IMG/VR virus record: IMGVR_UViG_3300020374_000009
Coordinates: 1 to 39,957 of that record
Strand: one strand, 5' to 3'
Length of the DNA stretch: 39,957 nt
Source of the DNA: a virus
Lineage: Duplodnaviria; Caudoviricetes
Below, piece by piece: positions 1 to 6,663 of the stretch. Under the pieces are notes generated by a model that worked only from the letters and a program-made list of their open reading frames with translations, had not been told where the DNA came from and did not search any database. Position 1 is the stretch's first letter. Every line of letters starts with the position of its first letter. A program made the translations under genes and the position numbers.

Positions 1-799
1 CAGCGTCAGGGTTTGAGATAGTAGAACTAGCACTTGAAAATAGAACGCCAGGGCCAGGTAATGTATTACTTGTCTTTGTTCCTGTTGTAAATGCAAATAT
101 TCCACTCTCTGTGTAATCTACTGGGAAAATTGTTCCAGCAGCAGAAACACGATTCACAACCTTAACATCAACTGTACTTGATCCAACACCAGTAACGATA
201 CCTTGTAGATATCCGTCTGCTGTTGATGTTGTGCCTGGGCCAACGATTGTTCCACTAAGAGGTTGCGTAACACCCATACCAACACTTATATTTGTCACTA
301 CATGAGGAGTAACGTGAAGTTGTTGATCTGCAGCTCCATCAATATATGCAACTTTCATTCCATTTGCATATGCGCCTGGATTTCTTGCAGCTAATCGATA
401 TGTAGTAGCATCTTCATAATTGTTTTGATAATCTTGAAAAGATTTAATCTTAAGATTTGAAGTTGATCCGATACCAGTTGGATGTGTTGAAGGCATTCCT
501 CCAACGTTTGCGTTATTTAAAGATGCACCATCTGCTCTAACGACTCTTAATACACCACCATACTGTAGATAGTTTGATGCTGTGTACCAGTATTCGTATT
601 GTCTATCCGCAGTTATTGGTTTTCCAAATAGATCGATCATATCTTGCTCATTCTCAATAAGCAAAGGTTCTAATACAGGGCCTCTTTCAAATGGCCCTAC
701 TATTGCACCTGTCTGATCACTAATGGAGTCAATTCTACCAACCGTAAGGTCAACTTCCCTAACCTTAACGCCTGGAGATACTAAACCTATGCCAGCCAT
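1..799 (-). CDS. gp18: Tail sheath protein gp18 (5' part; runs off the left edge)
   Basis: Not in the ORF track. Manual translation from ATG 799: MAGIGLVSPGVKVREVDLTVGRIDSISDQTGAIVGPFERGPVLEPLLIENEQDMIDLFGKP...YWYTASNYLQYGGVLRVVRAD, matching the T4-type gp18 N-terminus (SPGVxVxEVD, G-x-F-x-x-GP, NYLQYG-x-x-LRVVR). GGAG RBS at 806-809; lies downstream of gp17. Confidence 0.95.
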   Translation of the reverse strand, partial: MAGIGLVSPGVKVREVDLTVGRIDSISDQTGAIVGPFERGPVLEPLLIENEQDMIDLFGKPITADRQYEYWYTASNYLQYGGVLRVVRADGASLNNANVGGMPSTHPTGIGSTSNLKIKSFQDYQNNYEDATTYRLAARNPGAYANGMKVAYIDGAADQQLHVTPHVVTNISVGMGVTQPLSGTIVGPGTTSTADGYLQGIVTGVGSSTVDVKVVNRVSAAGTIFPVDYTESGIFAFTTGTKTSNTLPGPGVLFSSASSTISNPDA

Positions 800-835
800 G
801 TTTTTCTCCGAAATTCCACGTTGTTTTACTAAATT

Positions 836-843
836 TATTTATA
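836..843 (-). promoter_or_regulatory. T4-type late promoter TATAAATA upstream of gp18
   Basis: Plus-strand tatttata at 836-843 is a perfect gp55 consensus on the minus strand, intergenic, about 37 nt before the gp18 ATG. Confidence 0.85.
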
Positions 844-882
844 ACTTATGACCTCTTCAAATGGGGAAACATGACGTGAACT

Positions 883-1107
883 CTACCAATCAGGATAAAT
901 GTCTATTAAATCTTTCTTTTTTCTATTCTGAGAAACTCTTTTAATCGAACATCCTTTACACTCATAAGCATATGCAGATGGCACATTTCCTCTATCCTTT
1001 CTTGTTTTATAAAAATCGTTAATCAATTCTTTTGTTTGTCCACATATTTTACATTTTCTTTGTTCAAAAAGTAAATGTTCTAATCCAAACTGATCTTCAA
1101 GTTCCAC
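883..1107 (-). CDS. Small putative zinc-ribbon protein (CxxC...CxxC), about 74 aa
   Basis: CKIC and CKGC pairs. Start re-assigned to GTG 1107, which overlaps the upstream TAG and has GGAG at 1117-1120; the longer 1236 start overlaps the neighbour by 130 nt. Confidence 0.75.
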   Translation of the reverse strand: MELEDQFGLEHLLFEQRKCKICGQTKELINDFYKTRKDRGNVPSAYAYECKGCSIKRVSQNRKKKDLIDIYPDW

Positions 1108-1379
1108 TAGAACCATCTCCAAGGTAACATTGAATAACCTACCATATTTAACAATGGTTCCATTACTAATGCGATTAATGTAAATGTTAAGACATCTATA
1201 AAAAGTCGTTGTCTTGGTGAAAACTTTGACTTCCACTTTATAACTTTCTCTCCTACCTTCTCACAACGTCTCAATAATCCTGTCTTCTTTAGAATTAGTG
1301 TTGCCCACCACTGTGGATCTACTAAGTTTCCCAAGGTCTCTATTGTAAATTTACAATATGATTTTATAAGTTTAATCAC
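1107..1379 (-). CDS. Hypothetical membrane protein, 90 aa
   Basis: GTGA overlap with the upstream stop; hydrophobic C-terminal segment LFIDVLTFTLIALVMEPLL. Confidence 0.65.
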   Translation of the reverse strand: MIKLIKSYCKFTIETLGNLVDPQWWATLILKKTGLLRRCEKVGEKVIKWKSKFSPRQRLFIDVLTFTLIALVMEPLLNMVGYSMLPWRWF

Positions 1380-1549
1380 TCTTCTATTTCAAAAAACCAT
1401 TTAATAGACTTAATATAATCAAATGTACAACCTATATCTTTATCACAGTTGACATCATACTTTCTATCACACAAAAACTTTCTTAGTTCATAAACAGAAT
1501 CAAATCTTCCTTTATGTCTTTCTTGTTCATCATATAAATGATACTTCAT
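1376..1549 (-). CDS. Hypothetical protein, 57 aa (MKYHLYDEQERH...)
   Basis: ATGA overlap with the upstream stop at 1546-1549; fills the operon without a gap. Confidence 0.7.
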   Translation of the reverse strand: MKYHLYDEQERHKGRFDSVYELRKFLCDRKYDVNCDKDIGCTFDYIKSIKWFFEIEE

Positions 1550-1809
1550 ATGCCGTTCCAAAAAGTATCTATTTGAGTAGTTTGTATATTTCTTGATACA
1601 ATATACAATCCTACATTACATAGAAACCAAAATGCATTAGTTATCCATGCTTGTCTCCAACAGTATTTTCTATTTGTCTGCACAATGTAAAGACTTCTCT
1701 CATTGTCTTTAACAAATTGTTCAAGAACAAATGAAATTGCACATCCTATTGCAAAAACATAAAACATTAAGTTTAAAAAACCTGCCGAAGCTAATAAAAA
1801 TGAAATCAT
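1546..1809 (-). CDS. Hypothetical two-helix membrane protein, 87 aa
   Basis: ATGA overlap with the gp17 stop; two hydrophobic stretches (FLNLMFYVFAIGCAISFVL; WITNAFWFLCNVGLYIV). Confidence 0.7.
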   Translation of the reverse strand: MISFLLASAGFLNLMFYVFAIGCAISFVLEQFVKDNERSLYIVQTNRKYCWRQAWITNAFWFLCNVGLYIVSRNIQTTQIDTFWNGI

Positions 1810-3452
1810 TTGTACTCCCACATGTAAGATCTATCACCATATTCATCATTATACCATCTCTCTCCACTCTCGTCAACAAAACTTTCTTCTTCTGTGCCGT
1901 CAACAATGAAACCAAATGGTGACATATCTTGTTCAATCTGATCTCTTTGATCTTCATATATTCTTTTTCTAATATCTTGATCTGTAAGTTCTTTAAAATA
2001 ATCTTGTTGAACTAGCCATGCATATATCACCAAGCACATTGCAAGGTCATCGTTACAACCTTCTTCTGCTTCAAATGAATTATGTTTTTGAATAAAAGTT
2101 GTTAATTCTGATATAATATCATAATCATTGAATAGTATTTTCTCGTCTTCAATTAAAGTTTTTAAGTTTGAACATCCCACTTTCTTTACAGTCTTGGACA
2201 TCTTCACTCCAAGTTGAGTTTTTTTACCTGAGAATCCTTGTCCCACGATTTGACCAGCACGGCCTCTCATTGAACACATTAAGAGATTTTCATATTCTAG
2301 ATCATAATGTATGATACTTGCAACTTGATCCCCTATGTCATTTACCTCACATAAAATAAAAGCATTATTATAAGCCTTTCCAAGATCTACAATAATACTT
2401 GGAAATAACATTGGTTTTATTTCATTGTTTTTGTATTTACCAACCACTTTATGTGGGAAGGTAGTAATGTCTGTGATTACAAATGCAGAATAGTCAATAC
2501 CAACACCACGAGCAACGTCAACTGTAATTACATAATCATGATCTTTGATTGGGTCAAAATAGATATCTAATCCACGATTACTTTGTCGTGGGTCATCATA
2601 TACTAATGTTCTTAATTTTGAAGAACTAATTAGAGTATCAACAGATCCTAAGAACTCACATTCAAACTCAACACGAAACTGTTGTTCAGATGTGTTTGCA
2701 ATTGTTTGTTCTTTCCATACCGCATCTCTGCCTGGCACTTCTGACCAGTGAACTTCCGTGGGTATATACTCATTTTTATTTCTTTCGGCATCATGCCACA
2801 TACGGTAGAAATGATTCATACCATGTGGTGTAGAAACTATGATGACTTTTGTTTTTTGTCCAGAAGATATAGTAGGATAAACAGAGGCAAAGAATTGATC
2901 AGCAATGTGATTCGGGATAAAAGCGAACTCGTCAAGAAAGATGACATTATAGGAGCCGCCTCGGACAGCAGATGCAGATGTAGATGCAGCGAGAATTTTT
3001 GATCCATTTTCTAACTCCAGAGAACCTTTGTTCCAAACAAGCACACCTTGTTGCATCCACTTCGGTAAATTTTCATATGCAAGTTGCAATCTACCAAGTA
3101 GATCTCTTGCGGTTGATGCTTTGTTTGCAAGTATTGCTATATTTACATTATCATTAAAAACTGCATAATGCAACAAATAAGATACCACAGTCGTAGACTT
3201 TCCAGTCTGACGAGGCATCTTACAGATATTAAATCTGTCGTTATGAAAATTGTTGATTAACTTTTCTTGAAATGGATATAGATTAAAATTAACTAGACCC
3301 TCATCAAGAGAAACAATCTTTATATAATTTTTTGCGAAATATACAGGATTTTCCTTACACTTGATGAACTCCTCAATATTTTCTTGAGTAAATTCAACTT
3401 TTACATTCGCTTTCTTTAGATTGGGATTACCAAGATATACAGTATCAGACAT
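1806..3452 (-). CDS. gp17: Terminase large subunit gp17
   Basis: N-terminal YLGNPNLKKA, Walker A MPRQTGKST, Walker B VIFLDEFAF, coupling motif IIVSTPHG, RNase H-like nuclease residues VDVARG and DDLAMC. Confidence 0.98.
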   Translation of the reverse strand: MSDTVYLGNPNLKKANVKVEFTQENIEEFIKCKENPVYFAKNYIKIVSLDEGLVNFNLYPFQEKLINNFHNDRFNICKMPRQTGKSTTVVSYLLHYAVFNDNVNIAILANKASTARDLLGRLQLAYENLPKWMQQGVLVWNKGSLELENGSKILAASTSASAVRGGSYNVIFLDEFAFIPNHIADQFFASVYPTISSGQKTKVIIVSTPHGMNHFYRMWHDAERNKNEYIPTEVHWSEVPGRDAVWKEQTIANTSEQQFRVEFECEFLGSVDTLISSSKLRTLVYDDPRQSNRGLDIYFDPIKDHDYVITVDVARGVGIDYSAFVITDITTFPHKVVGKYKNNEIKPMLFPSIIVDLGKAYNNAFILCEVNDIGDQVASIIHYDLEYENLLMCSMRGRAGQIVGQGFSGKKTQLGVKMSKTVKKVGCSNLKTLIEDEKILFNDYDIISELTTFIQKHNSFEAEEGCNDDLAMCLVIYAWLVQQDYFKELTDQDIRKRIYEDQRDQIEQDMSPFGFIVDGTEEESFVDESGERWYNDEYGDRSYMWEYK

Positions 3453-3467
3453 AATAAATAAAAAATT

Positions 3468-3623
3468 TTATATTTTTTTAGGTGGTTCAATCACCTTGGG
3501 TGATTGGCCAGGTTCTTGTGTGTATGGTCTATTGCCAGGTTGACTCTTAATATCTTTTTTTACTTTTTTAAGAGTGTCACCGATGTGTGTAAGACCATCT
3601 TTAAATTGTTTAAAAGTTTTCAT
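3468..3623 (-). CDS. Small basic protein (51 aa) with a T4 internal-protein-like N-terminus
   Basis: Not in the ORF track. TAATG overlap with the 1003-aa gene; MKTFKQFKDGLTHIGDTLKKVKKDIKSQPGNRPYTQEPGQSPKVIEPPKKI*; fills the gap before gp17. Confidence 0.75.
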   Translation of the reverse strand: MKTFKQFKDGLTHIGDTLKKVKKDIKSQPGNRPYTQEPGQSPKVIEPPKKI

Positions 3624-6600
3624 TAGCACTTCCACCTTCTTCTTGCTTGTCTCAAACGACTGTTTGGATCTTTTGCAGCCTTTGGAAACTTCTTCATTTG
3701 GCCTGCACTTCTCGCACAGTAACTCTTTCTTCTGTTTGCAGCCTTAGATCCTTTTTTGACTTTACCAGTCACCGCAGTTTTAAGTTTTGAGCCAGGGTTT
3801 CTGCGACGATATGCAGCAACACCTTTTGCAGTCATACCAGCGCCACTTTTTGTAGGTCTTTTGTGTCCAGACTTGACACTCATTCCTTTCATGTCATCTT
3901 CATTTACAAGTATCTTATCTCCAACTCTTAGATCATTCTCTACAAACCAACCACGATTAGTTTCAATCGCATATCTTATCTCACCATCAGGATAAACAGG
4001 AACAGAACTATGTGGTTTTAATTCTTTGATACTATCAATTGTCCCATCTTCCTTAATAAATGCAATGTCAAGAGGTATCAAAGTATTTTTCATATGGAAA
4101 GAATGTTTATCATTACTTTCAAATTCAAATAACATTCCTCTGTCAGTATCTAAACTTTCACGAAACATGAGACCTAATTTGAATCTTGCTTCATCAAGAG
4201 GTATTTCAACTTGAAGTGGTAAATCAACATACTCCTCTTGTGAAAAAGATTGAGTAGAATCTGGACTTGCGCCTCTCATAGTATTTCTTTTGTTATCTTT
4301 TTTGGGAATTTGTTTGGTTAATTTATCAGTAGCTGTCTTAATACCCTCAAATCTTTTATGAGCTTTATCAACTATTTTCTTAGTTCTTGGGTTTCCTAGA
4401 TCTGGGCCTATAACATTTGAGGGTTTAGATCGAGAATATGCATGTCCTATCTTTATCGCAGAATCAACTGAGGCTTTTTTAATATAACTACCTAAAGTTG
4501 CTGGCGACAACTCGGAAATATACTCCTCACTTCTTGTAATCTTTTCATCCTTCTCATTACTTGCAAGGTTTTTCTTAAGTTGTTTCTTTGATATCTTTGG
4601 GCCACCGATTGGATCACCATACTCATCTCTCTTAACTCCTTCACCAACCATCACAGTAGGTTCGCCTGGTTCAAACATCTTAGGTAAAAATGACAAAACC
4701 TTTGCATCAGGATAAATCTTTTGAACTTGTTTCTCTACTTCTTGACGAGTTGGTCTAGACACAGATGGAACAAACATCTGAACCATATATGTATTTCCTC
4801 TCCAAGTTAATACAACTTTATATGTATGACCATTTTTAACTAGACGAACTTTCTCTTCATTTGTTTCTTCGGGTGGTAAGAAATTAACCTTCTCTTGGTC
4901 TTTCTTAGCCATTACTCTTTTTGCTGCCTTACCAGCGTCGTACTTACCTACATACTCCGATTTAGATTTTTTTTTTAACTTCTCTCTTTTGAGAAAAGCA
5001 ACTCCTTCTGTAACCTTCTTATCTGATGTCATTGGTAATTTAGGTTCTTTAGCTTTTATTTTTGCTAACTTATCCTTTGCAATCTTTCCTTCAGGCCCTA
5101 TGGTTTTTGCCATATTTTGAAGTTTACTTGTCTTAGTCTGTTTAACAATAAAAGAAAGAGGATTCATCTCTTGAAGTTCTACTTCTTCCTTAGTAGCTTT
5201 CTTTTTCACACAATTATTATATCTCTTACCAAACATCATCTTAGTTCCTTTCTTCTCATATCCTTTCCAACACTTCTGACCTTCTTTGATTTCAATCATA
5301 CCAGCAGCTTCAAGTGCTGAAACTTGCATTGGTGAGAATCCTTCTTTCTTTGTACTGTTACCCCAGTTTGCAGCACCAACCTTACGACACTTGACTAAAG
5401 CACCAGATGCATATGCACTTGGCCATACAGAATATCTTGATTTAACTTTAGTATAGCAAGCATCTTTTGTGCCACTACCCTTACCTTTCTTATCTTTTGC
5501 CTCATTTACAAAAGATTCTTTTGTATCTTTTTTCTTTTGTTCACGATAAGATTTTTCATTTGCTTTTTTCAATCTTTTATCAGCTGCTTTCTTTTGCTCA
5601 GGAGTCTCCATATGACTAAGATCCGCATATCCTTTGAATCCTTCGACCACTTTATTTCGATTAAAATAATTCTCTTTCATTTTCTTTTTGGGATCTGTAG
5701 AAACGTTTGTTGGTTTTGCTGCACCTGACTTCTGTGGTTGATTTGGATCAGCAGCTCTCTTTCTTCTTGCAGCACTATCTCTTTCCTTATCACTCATAGA
5801 TGATCTCTTAGATGATGAGGTGCATTTAGGAGTTGACTTCTGGCCAGGCTGTCTAGCACATGGTTTACCATCATACTTACCACCAACTTGAACCCAACCT
5901 TTTACTTTGCGTCCAGACTTAGTAGTACCACTTGATTTACCAAACCAAGCACGAAGACCTTCTTCTTCTATACTATATTTATCAAATTCATCTTCTTTCT
6001 TCATTGCCAACTTAGTTGCAGTCGCATACATCACAGACTTTGCATCATCTCCATAACGTTTTTTAAATCCTGATTTATTCTTCTTCATTCCTTTGACTAT
6101 ATCTTCTCTCTTATCCATCTCTTTCTCAGTCATTTTTCCTTCTCTCATATCTTTCATCTTCTGTCTTATAACCCAATCATCTGGAATAGTAAGATGTTTT
6201 GCTTTGAATTGATTATGTAAAAGAGTTGGTGACATGTTATTGCGTTTTGATATACTTTGCATCAACTTATCAATTGAAACATAAGAGGTATCAGTCAACT
6301 TAATCAAACCATCTTCTAACTCAGAAACAGCATTAGCTATGAGTCCTACATTTGATGTTTCGTAAACTACCGATTCCCCGACCCCGCCCCCGCCTGAGCC
6401 ATTACCACCACCATTACCACCAGAGCCACCGTTACCATTTCCAGAACCATTCCCACCGTTCCCATTTCCGTTAGAACTTCCGTTACCATTGCCGCTACCA
6501 TCATCTCCATCACTATCAGAACGATTATCTCTCGCAAGATATCCACGAGATCCTATTCGATACCCACGAGGTATCTTCTTACACTTCTTATCAGTGAAAC

Positions 6601-6634
6601 AGTAATATTTGCCTGGCGGACACTTTTTAGCCAT
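3623..6634 (-). CDS. 1003-aa modular Lys/Arg-rich protein (putative internal-head polyprotein) containing a DUF192-like domain
   Basis: Long ORF behind a perfect late promoter; alternating basic modules and short acidic xxE linkers; aa ~805-909 (GLMFRESL...GMLFEF...FHMKNTLIPLDIAFI...YAIETNRG...LRVGDKI) match the DUF192 signature. Confidence 0.9.
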   Translation of the reverse strand: MAKKCPPGKYYCFTDKKCKKIPRGYRIGSRGYLARDNRSDSDGDDGSGNGNGSSNGNGNGGNGSGNGNGGSGGNGGGNGSGGGGVGESVVYETSNVGLIANAVSELEDGLIKLTDTSYVSIDKLMQSISKRNNMSPTLLHNQFKAKHLTIPDDWVIRQKMKDMREGKMTEKEMDKREDIVKGMKKNKSGFKKRYGDDAKSVMYATATKLAMKKEDEFDKYSIEEEGLRAWFGKSSGTTKSGRKVKGWVQVGGKYDGKPCARQPGQKSTPKCTSSSKRSSMSDKERDSAARRKRAADPNQPQKSGAAKPTNVSTDPKKKMKENYFNRNKVVEGFKGYADLSHMETPEQKKAADKRLKKANEKSYREQKKKDTKESFVNEAKDKKGKGSGTKDACYTKVKSRYSVWPSAYASGALVKCRKVGAANWGNSTKKEGFSPMQVSALEAAGMIEIKEGQKCWKGYEKKGTKMMFGKRYNNCVKKKATKEEVELQEMNPLSFIVKQTKTSKLQNMAKTIGPEGKIAKDKLAKIKAKEPKLPMTSDKKVTEGVAFLKREKLKKKSKSEYVGKYDAGKAAKRVMAKKDQEKVNFLPPEETNEEKVRLVKNGHTYKVVLTWRGNTYMVQMFVPSVSRPTRQEVEKQVQKIYPDAKVLSFLPKMFEPGEPTVMVGEGVKRDEYGDPIGGPKISKKQLKKNLASNEKDEKITRSEEYISELSPATLGSYIKKASVDSAIKIGHAYSRSKPSNVIGPDLGNPRTKKIVDKAHKRFEGIKTATDKLTKQIPKKDNKRNTMRGASPDSTQSFSQEEYVDLPLQVEIPLDEARFKLGLMFRESLDTDRGMLFEFESNDKHSFHMKNTLIPLDIAFIKEDGTIDSIKELKPHSSVPVYPDGEIRYAIETNRGWFVENDLRVGDKILVNEDDMKGMSVKSGHKRPTKSGAGMTAKGVAAYRRRNPGSKLKTAVTGKVKKGSKAANRRKSYCARSAGQMKKFPKAAKDPNSRLRQARRRWKC
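6380..6508 (-). repeat. Gly/Asn/Ser low-complexity tract (GNGNG repeats)
   Basis: aa ~43-85 of the 1003-aa ORF: GDDGSGNGNGSSNGNGNGGNGSGNGNGGSGGNGGGNGSGGGGV. Confidence 0.9.
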
Positions 6635-6655
6635 AAACGAATACGATCTACGATA

Positions 6656-6663
6656 TATTTATA
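6656..6663 (-). promoter_or_regulatory. Late promoter TATAAATA for the 1003-aa gene
   Basis: Perfect consensus overlapping the TAA of the fibre gene, 22 nt upstream of ATG 6634. Confidence 0.8.

Noticed and set aside
1806-3452. Intein or intron in the terminase
   Set aside because: Normal length and continuous motifs; no splicing or homing-endonuclease signatures.
3453-3480. AT-only hairpin/terminator or antisense AATAAATA promoter before gp17
   Set aside because: No GC stem; such matches are expected by chance in AT-rich DNA.
5462-5494. KKGKGS resembling the ArfA motif
   Set aside because: Six low-complexity residues in a Lys-rich protein; flanks do not match ArfA.
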